Assembly (NCBI GenBank): GCA_964525185.1
Contig: CAZGFQ010000006.1
Span: forward strand, 3,573-67,572
DNA length: 64,000 bases
DNA from: an uncultured bacterium
Lineage (GTDB): Bacteria; Fidelibacterota; Marinisomatia; Marinisomatales; UBA1611
Direction: 5' to 3'
The translations under genes were made by a program, and so were the position numbers. How positions within the stretch are numbered: the first letter of the stretch is position 1; every line of letters starts with the position of its first letter. Below, in pieces: positions 50,301-58,893 of this stretch. The notes below the pieces were generated by a model. That model was not told the DNA's origin. It made no database searches and saw nothing but the letters and a program-made list of their open reading frames with translations.

Positions 50301-50990
50301 TGTTGTTGTTTTAACAATACCAGAATTAGCGGATCCATATTCAGCTCCAAACCCACCTGACTGAAATGATACTTCTTCTAAACTTAAATTTGGCACGTCA
50401 CCTGCGCGACCACTTGTATAAGCATTGTTAACATAAACACCATCCACGTAAAAGCCAACTTCATCTGTACGGCCACCGCGAATATGGAGATTACCACTTG
50501 CATCTGTAACAACACCTGTTTGAAGCGCAACAACGTCAGCATAACCTCGTACGTTCATATTTTGAATGTCTTCTGAGCGAACAACGCGAACTTCATTTGT
50601 AGCATTTATTTCAATAAGTGGTTTATCGGCAACAACAACAACTTCTTCGCCCTCTAGTGCTTCAGAAGCAAGTTTAGTTTCAAAAAGATTTGTGGTTAAG
50701 TCTGACGTAACCCGAACTTGTTCGATAGTAACTGCGCGATATCCGATAAAGCTAAACTTTACATCGTAAAGTCCCGGGGAAACATTTAAAATAACAAACG
50801 ACCCCGTTTCCGTTGTTGCAGCACCATAAGAAGATCCAGCAAGCATAACATTTACGCCTGGCAATGGACTGCCATTTTCTTTATCCACAACTGTCCCTAC
50901 AACTTTACCAACGTCACCTGCAAATAGGTGGCTGGTTAATAGCAGAAACAAAACAGCTTTTACGTGGAAAACTCTTTTTAAAGTATCCAT
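47346..50990 (-). CDS. SusC-like TonB-dependent outer-membrane receptor (CarboxypepD_reg + plug + large barrel) (module A)
   Basis: Signal peptide, then GKVVGTVVDKENGSPLPGVNVMLAG...GSFVILNVSPGLYDVKFSFIGY (carboxypeptidase-regulatory-like). Plug region IRGGRTDEVGFYVDGVYVNN...FGAEYGSANSGIV. Long beta-barrel with acidic DxDxDG-type inserts. Confidence 0.8.
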   Translation of the reverse strand: MDTLKRVFHVKAVLFLLLTSHLFAGDVGKVVGTVVDKENGSPLPGVNVMLAGSSYGAATTETGSFVILNVSPGLYDVKFSFIGYRAVTIEQVRVTSDLTTNLFETKLASEALEGEEVVVVADKPLIEINATNEVRVVRSEDIQNMNVRGYADVVALQTGVVTDASGNLHIRGGRTDEVGFYVDGVYVNNAYTSGRAGDVPNLSLEEVSFQSGGFGAEYGSANSGIVKTTTKTGGSDLDITVEGIKDFGSPDASVDKPFAYSYGYQLGSFALGGPVPGLNWLRYFLSVEQSSLADASPTNATIPYYTGELDAAGRPDVGDNYIDANGNTIWDDFIDKDANGVYDEGIDTPAEVYTDNNGNGEYDAPDYRDISADDVEYRWGPKPNNWIEKSSIAGNVLIDFQPKFKLPWKLKIGGSSFNSERSNYSHSRSLFDMYSPNSTSNKVGTGDWINRFNKSDNGFLSYYGNLSGAIPAFKNMFFNVQYSHSEDSYKYYDPVFDQSYGQFTYEDGTLSGLEVPYINSGKMYDYTSDPVYQYVVTDSNDNILGVYDYDYWNFDTVDIGSQSWAQDTSVYWAWDSTAFWHYNEMRYDDMNYINPLYNGNAKMPTPDLELANYTKAGYTSADGSNYTKRNTSRDAFTGSLTWQYNNHELKAGFEITNSMIRYYRLSRSRSVTNYFSVNAPYSGTQDIWNYEWVATDTDSNGVVLDSALSVTMGQDGVLDYTQDDTDSWKNDDYDGDGDSDYDDYFGNYKHQAYASAYAENIGYNITGEEEVNSGQDDARRPNSRAFYLRDKIELNDLVLNLGLRYDYFDPANQIFNPETGGANNIVIDDNNQIAETVYAKDADENGILDPAEYIYWDPTSEDETGRPHRIDAEPRSLISPRVGMAFPISDKTVFHAQYGKYFQQPENNRLFVSYIRFVQNLSQGNFTISANPDLQPQENTQYEIGFKQMVSSDISIDATVFYKQMTGYPQIRNIAARPVGYALYVNGDYGTVKGLSLSLKTRRVSNLMLDANYTLQYAGGTGSSAGGNYRIAWQGGNNLTYVSPLDFDQRHTGNLALDYRTGARSRLPLFGMNLLMRFGSGLPYTPVQVDTEVLTGGISYRPTAAFNSANMPWSMNVDLKVDKGLSFGKYNMKFFVWVKNLLDFRNVSTIYPATGQADNDGWLGTDEGVNWMTTAAFNGTATQEQAANLYNSKLSNPYNWEEPRQVRIGFRIDL

Positions 50991-51221
50991 AAGTAACTCC
51001 TGACTAACTAATCAATGTGTAAAATATTAAAAACCTCGGCTTTTTGGGGTGTAACTAACCCTAGAGCGGAAGGGAATATGTAACATTTTTTCAAATGATT
51101 CAAGAAAAAACAAGATAAATATGCCTTTTGAAAATATAGAACTTTTCCCTTGATACAACCACACCTAATGCTCTACCTTTACCTTTATTTTCAACCTGCG
51201 TTATTCTGGAGGAAGCGCTTT

Positions 51222-54200
51222 ATGAAAAAAACATTATTCTATTTCATTATTGTATCTTTCCTGTTTGCTGGTGATACTGGGAAACTCAAGGGGATTATTA
51301 CTGACCTTACGTCCGGAGATCCGCTGATTGGCGTGAATATCGTTTTAAAAAATACAACAATGGGAACCGCATCCAGTCAAAATGGTGACTATTCCATTAT
51401 TTTTATACCTGCTGCAAAATACACGGTTTCTGTATCATACATTGGCTACAAAACAATTATTGTTCAGGATGTAATTATTAATGCAAACCATACTACGCAA
51501 TTGAATTTCAAAATGGATATATCTGCGGTTGATGGTGAAGAAATAACCGTGGAAGCAGAAAGACCAATTATTGTTCGAGATCAAACAGCAACAACCATTA
51601 CGATGGAAGAAGAAAAGTTGGAAAATATGCCTATCAACTCCTTTGAAGATGCCATGACAACAATGGCTGGGGTTATTGAAAATGATAATTCAGAAAGTGG
51701 GATTCATTTTAGGGGCGGGCGTACTGGAGAGGTTACTTTCCTTGTGGATGGTTTTGTTGTTGAAGATGCGCTATATGGGGAAATGGGTATGGATGTTTCT
51801 CGAAGTGCCATTTCTGAATTATCTGTAATTACTGGCGCCTTCAATGCAGAGTACGGGGAAGCTATGAGCGGTGTTGTAAATATTGTAACAAAAGAAGGTC
51901 GTTCAGATTATTCGTGGAGTCTTCGCGGTGTTTCCGATAACTTTTTTAACAACGAAATTAATGACTGGGATCAATCTCGAATTGAGGGAACTTTCAGTGG
52001 CCCCCTTCTATTTTTCAAGCCAAATATTGCAACTTTTTTTGTTTCTGCAGATCGTTTAAATACACGAACATCTCTTTGGAAAAATAAATTACCTTTCAAT
52101 GTATGGAAAGATGTAAATGATGACGGTATTGATGGAAATTGGCTCGATTTGAATGAAGATGGTATTGAGGATGAAAATGAAGTCGATACATTGGCGATGG
52201 CTGATATTAATTTAGATGGTATCCCAGATCTACTTTCAGAGGGTAATATTGAAGAGTCGGGCGCTTATCGTATTCGAGATCGTTACAATGCTAAGCTAGT
52301 CTTGCGTCCCATTTCAAAATTAAAACTTACCATAGGGTACAATAAATTTTCTGAAGAATCTCAATCTTTTTCTATGAGTTATAGACAGCTACCCGATCGA
52401 AGTGGAATTGATTTTGACCTTTCGACTGATTTACAAATAAAAGCAAGCTATGCTGTTTCAGAGGATATGTATATCACCGCTCGTTACCAAGACCATAAAA
52501 CAGAATCATGGTATGGCTATGAAACATTATTATCCGAGAATCATGAACTAGAAAGTAAAATAATAAATATTCCTAAAGGATGGGAAGGATACACGCCCGA
52601 AACAGTTCCTGCTGGAGAAGATTACTTATGGTTGGGATATTATGCTGAACCTTATGCAGACATGAATGGTGATGGTGTTTGGAGTATTTATTCAACTGAA
52701 TGGTGGAATGATGAGAATGGAAATGGTATCTGGGATAATGATGAACCCTATAGCGACTGGAATAATGATAGTTCGTGGAATGTCTTTAATTGGGAAGATG
52801 AAAACGGTAATGATGCTTGGGATGCCGGAGAAGCTATTCTTTCTGATGAATATTGGGATATTCAATCGGGCGCAACATCCACAAATCCTGAAAATTATGA
52901 CTGGGGCGTTGATGCGCGATTAAGAGAGGGCGACGCATATGATAATACATCAAACTATGAATTTTACGGGCGCTACAATATTTATAACATTTATGGAGAT
53001 TCGATAAGAGAGGGTGTTTCCACAATGCATGATTATACGTGGTATAAATCTAACTATAAAAGTTGGGGTGGAGATATTACTTGGCAAATTAATAAACAAC
53101 ACCAATTAAAGGCGGGGTTTGAACAAAAAAAATATGATTTAGCTCGATTTGCGGCGTACGGAATTGGAGGTGGATATTTTGGCAATTCCGGCGATCCGTC
53201 CTTCATTATGTATGAGCATCAACCTGAATCTCAAAGTTGGTATATCCAAGATAAAATTGAATATAATGATGTGGTCGTTAATATCGGGATTAGAATGGAT
53301 CAGTTAGACCCAAAAAGTCACTACCCAGACCCAACTCAAGAATTGGGGTATTATTATTCTGATGGTGGCGAAACTGTATGGATTGAACCGAGTGATGTCG
53401 GTTCTCTAACTGTCGAAAATTCTGAAAATTTGGAATGGGGTTACTTAAATCGAGATGATAATGGAAATATCACAGGTGGAACGCCAGCACCCGATGCTGA
53501 AATTAAAAGTCAATTTAGCCCAAGGTTAGGTATTGGGTACCCCATAACGGATAAAGTTGCTTTTCATTTTTCGTATGGACACTTTTACCAGTTTCCAGAC
53601 TTGTACTATATGTATAATTATGGGAACCAAGAAGGAAATAACATTGCAGCTCCGGGGTGGTCTGGCAATGCAAATTCCATGGCTCAAAATAATAATTTAT
53701 ATGGGAATAATTTATTTCCATTTCCATATAATTTATCCGATTGGTATATCCCGGAAGTTGGGAGTCCAAATGTAAGCCCTCAGAGATCTGTGCAGTATGA
53801 AATGGGGCTAAGAACCTGGATTGGAGAACATTATGTATTAAGCTCCACTTTATATTATAAAGATTTGTTTGATTATGCCGCTTCTCGGATTTATGATGCC
53901 GACCCACAACAATATGCAGTTTATGAAAATATGGATTATGCAAATTCCCGAGGATTTGAAATTTCTCTAGAAAAACTATTTTCAAATAATTATAGTTGGT
54001 ACATCAATTATGCTATGGCCCGCGCGGAAGGTAATGCGCCTAACTCATCTTACCATTGGGATGTGGCTTATTTGGAATCCGTCTACGGGTGGCGTGATTA
54101 TAATCGCACATTTACGATGGACTGGGACCAAACACATACTATAAACATCGGGATTGATTATCAACATCCAAAAGGGTTTGGAATAAATGTATTAGGAAAT

Positions 54201-54515
54201 ATTGGAAGTGGGTTGCCTTACACACCTACAGACTCCAGAGGGCGCCCAATTGATGAACCAAATTCAGGTCGAATGCCGCCTACTGCAAATTTCAATATGA
54301 AAGCATTTTACGATTTGCCGGTTAAAAAAACAAAAGCACGATTATTTATGGATATTACAAATGTGTTTAATTATCAAAATGTGCTTCGCGTCTTCGGAAA
54401 TTCAGGACAACCTGATGTAAATCTAAATCCCAATATTTCCCCTATGTATCTATGGCGTCCATACTATTACAGTTCGCCTAGACATATTGAAGTTGGCTTA
54501 AGTGTAGGAATGTAA
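51222..54515 (+). CDS. SusC-like TonB-dependent outer-membrane receptor (module B, paralog of 47346-50990)
   Basis: I prefer the ATG at 51222 (MKKTLFYFIIVSFLFA), 8 nt after GGAGGA. The ORF-track TTG at 51150 has no Shine-Dalgarno. Same domain order: GKLKGIITDLTSGDPLIGVNIVLKN..., FRGGRTGEVTFLVDGFVVED, FNAEYGEAMSGVVN. Confidence 0.8.
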   Translation: MKKTLFYFIIVSFLFAGDTGKLKGIITDLTSGDPLIGVNIVLKNTTMGTASSQNGDYSIIFIPAAKYTVSVSYIGYKTIIVQDVIINANHTTQLNFKMDISAVDGEEITVEAERPIIVRDQTATTITMEEEKLENMPINSFEDAMTTMAGVIENDNSESGIHFRGGRTGEVTFLVDGFVVEDALYGEMGMDVSRSAISELSVITGAFNAEYGEAMSGVVNIVTKEGRSDYSWSLRGVSDNFFNNEINDWDQSRIEGTFSGPLLFFKPNIATFFVSADRLNTRTSLWKNKLPFNVWKDVNDDGIDGNWLDLNEDGIEDENEVDTLAMADINLDGIPDLLSEGNIEESGAYRIRDRYNAKLVLRPISKLKLTIGYNKFSEESQSFSMSYRQLPDRSGIDFDLSTDLQIKASYAVSEDMYITARYQDHKTESWYGYETLLSENHELESKIINIPKGWEGYTPETVPAGEDYLWLGYYAEPYADMNGDGVWSIYSTEWWNDENGNGIWDNDEPYSDWNNDSSWNVFNWEDENGNDAWDAGEAILSDEYWDIQSGATSTNPENYDWGVDARLREGDAYDNTSNYEFYGRYNIYNIYGDSIREGVSTMHDYTWYKSNYKSWGGDITWQINKQHQLKAGFEQKKYDLARFAAYGIGGGYFGNSGDPSFIMYEHQPESQSWYIQDKIEYNDVVVNIGIRMDQLDPKSHYPDPTQELGYYYSDGGETVWIEPSDVGSLTVENSENLEWGYLNRDDNGNITGGTPAPDAEIKSQFSPRLGIGYPITDKVAFHFSYGHFYQFPDLYYMYNYGNQEGNNIAAPGWSGNANSMAQNNNLYGNNLFPFPYNLSDWYIPEVGSPNVSPQRSVQYEMGLRTWIGEHYVLSSTLYYKDLFDYAASRIYDADPQQYAVYENMDYANSRGFEISLEKLFSNNYSWYINYAMARAEGNAPNSSYHWDVAYLESVYGWRDYNRTFTMDWDQTHTINIGIDYQHPKGFGINVLGNIGSGLPYTPTDSRGRPIDEPNSGRMPPTANFNMKAFYDLPVKKTKARLFMDITNVFNYQNVLRVFGNSGQPDVNLNPNISPMYLWRPYYYSSPRHIEVGLSVGM

Positions 54516-54517
54516 AC

Positions 54518-57500
54518 ATGAAAAAATATTTAATAATTACCTTATTACTTAATATTGCAATCCATGCGGGTAACCCAACAACTGGGCTTTCTAAACGTGA
54601 ATATTATAATCAATTTATAGCCCCTTCAAAAGGACGAGCTCCTCTTGGTAGACCCGCAGCATATGACGACAGAAAGCGAAGTGTTCTTGATAAAGGAAAT
54701 ATGGTTTTACGTTTATCGAATGCCGCAATTTATGGATATGATCGCTGGGGATTAAACCATGAATTCCCCGCTGGAAGCATGATAACAAATGGGTGTTGTA
54801 CATACTATTGGACACAAGCACCCATGGTGGGTGCATTAAAAAATGGTGTCCCATCTGTCTCTGTGGGTGTTCGGGGTTCTGTACGAGATTCGGAAGAAGA
54901 GTTTGAACCGTTACCGGGTTATGATGCTGGATATAGTGACACAGATCAAAATATTGGAATTGCTTTCAGCGATATGGAGCAATCTTGGCCAGATCGATGG
55001 CCTATTGAAGCGGATCCAACAGGAACGTTTGCATCCGTTTTGTATGATGCAAACGGCAATGTTGAAGATACGCTTTATTTCCCTGGCGTGGAGCCGGCGT
55101 TAGGGCCGGAAGGATTCCCGGATGCTCCATGCGGATTGGGTGTTCAAGCTGACAGAGAAGCTTATTTTGTTGTAACTGATAATGACCCAACAGATGGAAA
55201 TACTTACGCAAGCAACAATGGCGTTGGTCCACTAAATGTACGTATCGATACTTGGGTATTAAATTATGCAAATACCTTTGGGAATGATGGACTTATATTT
55301 ATTCAGAAAATGACAAATGTGGGTAATGATACCTTAAGGGATTTATACTTTGGAATCGCTGGAGATCCAGATGCGCCAGAACAAGGAAGCGCGGAATGGA
55401 CTGATGATTTATGTATGCTCATTTCTGCAGATGATCCTCACATTGCAGAAAAATTATCTGACACTACGGATGCACATTTATTAGAAAATTTAGCCATTGT
55501 TTGGGATCCGGATGATGAATCATCGGGGTTTGTGTCATCTGGACTTGGGTGGATTGGACTCAAATTTCTTGAATGTACAAAATACAATATGGATGGTTCA
55601 ATTCAATCATATGATATTTCAACTTTTTATACATACGAATACAGTGAAGATTCCCAAAGCGACAATGATGCATATAATATTCAAATGAGTCATGGAATAC
55701 AAGAACCACATAATATTGAACCGCCTTCTAATGATTTATTCCAAAAACCTTATTCTTACGGCCCTGATATAACGTGGATTGTTGCTGCGGGCGGACCAGA
55801 ACAAGTAACAGCAGATGGCGATACTATTCCAGAAATGGCTGTGGCGCCGGGAGAATATGTCATTTTTACTTTTGCTGATTTTATGGGAATTAATGAAGCG
55901 GATTTATTAAGGAATGCAAAAGTTTTTCAATCCTTATATGATAACAATTGCGCCAGTCCACAACCACCACAACCTCCAGTTGTACATGCCGTTCCGCAAG
56001 ATGGAAAAGTTGCTCTATTCTGGGATAATCGCAGTGAAAATTCTATCGATCCTGTAACAGGAAATAATGCATTCCAAGGATATCGTGTTTATAGAAGTTC
56101 TGATCGGGGAAATACCTGGGGCTCAGTGGTAACAGATTTTAATGGCAACCCAACTGATTTTTATAAACCGCTGGCTATTTTTGATAAAATGGACGGACTC
56201 AATGGAGCCTATGCAATGTCTGACCCATTAATTTATTATAATCTCGGAAATGACGACGGATTACGTTATTCGTTTATTGATCAAGATTTGGTAAATGGTT
56301 ATGAATATTGGTATTCCATTTCTGCTTATGATGGACCTGACGATTGGTCTGGAGCCCGTGTGGACCCCATGGAAAATGCTAAAGTAAAGAATGCATTTAT
56401 AGATGGAGATAATACCATTTCAATTGTTCCGCAAGGCAAGTCCCTTGGGCATGAAATTGGAGATAAAAATGTAATACATACGGGTATAGCAAAAGCTACT
56501 TTGAGTGCGGTGGATGCAGAAGCATTTGTCTTTGATTTTTTAGGTGAAGTAGAAGTAGAAGAGTCCGATTTTGTAAGTAAGGGCTATTCGTATTCCGTTG
56601 ACTTTTATGATGATGGAATATCTATAGATTCTACCGATGATGATATGGCAAACTGGGATACAACGTATTTTTCATATTGGACATTAACAAACTCAACAAC
56701 AGGAGAAACTATTATAGATCAAGATTCCGATGTAGAATCAGGTAAAATGAAATATGTTATTGATGGTTTTATCCCCGTCTTCAACAATGCATCGTTTACC
56801 ATTTCTGGAGCAGACACTGTTATTCATACTGTTTTAGATAGTCTTGCATCAAACCTTGCTTTTACAGGTGGTGGAGCATCTGGGGCTGCCAACCCATCTT
56901 GGGGTGGTTTTGTTGACTATTTATATAATAATTATCCTGCATCCGCTGGATTTTCTCCACCATCCGATATTATTAGCTATAAAGAATTGGGTGTTGATCT
57001 ACAAATTAGATTTACAGAATCGGGGTCCATTGCATCATACTATAATTTAAATATTCTGAGAGGAAATGCTGACCCAGATACTATACAACTTCCCATCGAA
57101 ATATGGGATACAGAAAATAACCAACGACTTAACTTAGCTGTTTATCAGGTTGCTGGGAATTCAAAGCCAGTTCCTCCGTGGGTACCAGACAGTTCAATTG
57201 TGGTTGATTCTGTTTTCACAAATTCTGACACCACGCTTGATTCGTCTTGGGCTCATTATTACTCCCTGTCTACTAATTTGCAATTAGTTCCAATTCATGA
57301 TGAGTATATTGGTTCATCCAATACATATCACTTTGCAGAAGATGCCGGTCTTATGGGGTGGGTCTTGAATTTCAACACAAGTAATTTACGTTTTAATTAT
57401 GGCGATATATTAGATATTGTATTCCCAAACCCTATTGTTCCGGGAGAAGATCAATACATAATTCAAACTACAGCAGATGGTACCTCGTCAGATTTAGATT

Positions 57501-57817
57501 TAAGTGAAATTTTAGTTGTTCCAAATCCGTATGTTGTCACATCTGCTTACGAATATATTCAATATCAAAAAGAAATTCAGTTTACCCGCCTTCCTGAAGA
57601 ATGTATGATTCGTATTTACAATTCAGCGGGGGAATTGGTTCAGGTGATTAACCATGAAGTCGGTAGTCCTGGGTATCGAGGGTCTAGTATTGAAGCTTGG
57701 GATTTACGAACATATAATAATCAAGATGTAGCTTTTGGAGTATATATATTCCATGTAGTTTCTGGAGGATTTGAAAATGGGAAGGAACATATTGGAAAGT
57801 TTGCGGTGATCAAATGA
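54518..57817 (+). CDS. ~1100-aa secreted protein with FN3-like and T9SS/FlgD-Ig-like C-terminal domains (module B)
   Basis: Signal peptide. PPVVHAVPQDGKVALFWDN...FQGYRVYRSSDRGNTW (FN3-like). IRFTESGSIASYYNLNILRGNADPDTIQLPIEIWD matches LRFTENGSIASYANIQSLRGNVDPDTIMIPFELWD in module A. CTD ILVVPNPYVV...IRIYNSAGELV...WDLRTYNNQDVAFGVYIFHVV...GKFAVIK. Confidence 0.75.
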   Translation: MKKYLIITLLLNIAIHAGNPTTGLSKREYYNQFIAPSKGRAPLGRPAAYDDRKRSVLDKGNMVLRLSNAAIYGYDRWGLNHEFPAGSMITNGCCTYYWTQAPMVGALKNGVPSVSVGVRGSVRDSEEEFEPLPGYDAGYSDTDQNIGIAFSDMEQSWPDRWPIEADPTGTFASVLYDANGNVEDTLYFPGVEPALGPEGFPDAPCGLGVQADREAYFVVTDNDPTDGNTYASNNGVGPLNVRIDTWVLNYANTFGNDGLIFIQKMTNVGNDTLRDLYFGIAGDPDAPEQGSAEWTDDLCMLISADDPHIAEKLSDTTDAHLLENLAIVWDPDDESSGFVSSGLGWIGLKFLECTKYNMDGSIQSYDISTFYTYEYSEDSQSDNDAYNIQMSHGIQEPHNIEPPSNDLFQKPYSYGPDITWIVAAGGPEQVTADGDTIPEMAVAPGEYVIFTFADFMGINEADLLRNAKVFQSLYDNNCASPQPPQPPVVHAVPQDGKVALFWDNRSENSIDPVTGNNAFQGYRVYRSSDRGNTWGSVVTDFNGNPTDFYKPLAIFDKMDGLNGAYAMSDPLIYYNLGNDDGLRYSFIDQDLVNGYEYWYSISAYDGPDDWSGARVDPMENAKVKNAFIDGDNTISIVPQGKSLGHEIGDKNVIHTGIAKATLSAVDAEAFVFDFLGEVEVEESDFVSKGYSYSVDFYDDGISIDSTDDDMANWDTTYFSYWTLTNSTTGETIIDQDSDVESGKMKYVIDGFIPVFNNASFTISGADTVIHTVLDSLASNLAFTGGGASGAANPSWGGFVDYLYNNYPASAGFSPPSDIISYKELGVDLQIRFTESGSIASYYNLNILRGNADPDTIQLPIEIWDTENNQRLNLAVYQVAGNSKPVPPWVPDSSIVVDSVFTNSDTTLDSSWAHYYSLSTNLQLVPIHDEYIGSSNTYHFAEDAGLMGWVLNFNTSNLRFNYGDILDIVFPNPIVPGEDQYIIQTTADGTSSDLDLSEILVVPNPYVVTSAYEYIQYQKEIQFTRLPEECMIRIYNSAGELVQVINHEVGSPGYRGSSIEAWDLRTYNNQDVAFGVYIFHVVSGGFENGKEHIGKFAVIK

Positions 57818-58890
57818 AGAAACTTTTATTTATCTTAACAACATTTGCAATTTTAAATGGGCAATTCGACAATGCATCAACATCGGCAGCTAACTTTTTG
57901 AAGGTTGAAGTAGGCGGACAAGCAGCAGCAATGGGAGGTGCATTCACAGCACAAGTCAGTGATGTGTCTGCCTTATTTTGGAATCCTGCTGGAATAACCG
58001 GTATCGGCAAATCAGAAGTAATGATAAGTCAAACAGAATGGATTGGAGATATTAATCATAATTTTCTTGCTGCCGCTGTTAAATTTGGCCGACAAGGGTA
58101 TCTTGGATTAAGTATTAATCAAATGGCTTATGGTGAAATGACTCGAACGACGGAGTTTTCCCCTGAAGGAGAAGGTACATTTACCGCTAATGATTTGTCC
58201 CTTGGGTTAGCCTATGGCACACAAATCAGTGATAAATTTTCCACAGGAATTCAATTCAAAATCATTAGAGAAACAATTTCCTTTTCCAGCGCCAATGCGG
58301 TAGCTGTTGATGTGGGTTCTCAATATACAACATCATTTTCTGGATTAAAAATTGGAATGGCCATTACTAATTTTGGTTCAAAAATGACCCTAACCGGAAC
58401 GGATCAAAAAGTGGATATTGATGCATATGAAGATTTAAATGGTAACCCAGATGTGATTGCTCGACTTGGTACAGAACAATGGTCACTCCCAATGACATTT
58501 AAAGTTGGGCTCTCCTTTTCCCCCATTGGTCCAGATGCGATCATAAAACAAGAAAAAGTGAGCTTTATTATTAATACAGAATACAGTGACCCAAGAGATT
58601 TTAATCCTATTTATATGGCTGGCGCAGAATTGACAATAATGAAGCTTCTTTATCTTAGAGCTGGTGTTAAAAATACTTTTTTGAGATATCCAGATGATTT
58701 AGATGATGAATCAGATAAAGCAATGTCAGACTATGAAAAAGGTGAATACATTAATCGATTTTCTATGGGATTTGGGTTGTCCTCAAAGAATTTTCCATTT
58801 ATACCTTATCACTTAAATCTCGATTATGCCTACTCAGATTTAGGGTTGCTTGGCTGGGTTCCGAGACTAACAATAAAGATTAATTTCTGA
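57814..58890 (+). CDS. PorV/PorQ-family-like outer-membrane beta-barrel (module B)
   Basis: ATGA overlap with the upstream gene. SAANFLKVEVGGQAAAMGGAFTAQVSDVSALFWNPAGI is the family-typical N-terminal motif. Terminal TIKINF. Confidence 0.7.
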   Translation: MKKLLFILTTFAILNGQFDNASTSAANFLKVEVGGQAAAMGGAFTAQVSDVSALFWNPAGITGIGKSEVMISQTEWIGDINHNFLAAAVKFGRQGYLGLSINQMAYGEMTRTTEFSPEGEGTFTANDLSLGLAYGTQISDKFSTGIQFKIIRETISFSSANAVAVDVGSQYTTSFSGLKIGMAITNFGSKMTLTGTDQKVDIDAYEDLNGNPDVIARLGTEQWSLPMTFKVGLSFSPIGPDAIIKQEKVSFIINTEYSDPRDFNPIYMAGAELTIMKLLYLRAGVKNTFLRYPDDLDDESDKAMSDYEKGEYINRFSMGFGLSSKNFPFIPYHLNLDYAYSDLGLLGWVPRLTIKINF

Positions 58891-58893
58891 CAA

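Noticed and set aside
40452-50990. Apparent higher GC and different codon flavour of module A, especially the 797-aa gene, as a sign of horizontal transfer.
   Set aside because: My spot counts of individual 60-nt lines ranged from about 32% to 53% GC in both the island and the housekeeping genes. I cannot support a real shift without a sliding-window calculation. No tRNA-flanked boundary, integrase or direct repeats are visible.
51150-51221. N-terminal extensions proposed by the ORF track: 51150 TTG for receptor B, 47346 for the 1107-aa protein, 42845 for the 797-aa protein and 7628 for S6.
   Set aside because: In each case an internal ATG is preceded by a good Shine-Dalgarno (GGAGGA, AGGAGA, AAGGAG, AAGGA). 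That ATG begins a canonical signal peptide or the conserved family N-terminus. The extensions are not hydrophobic and not conserved-looking.
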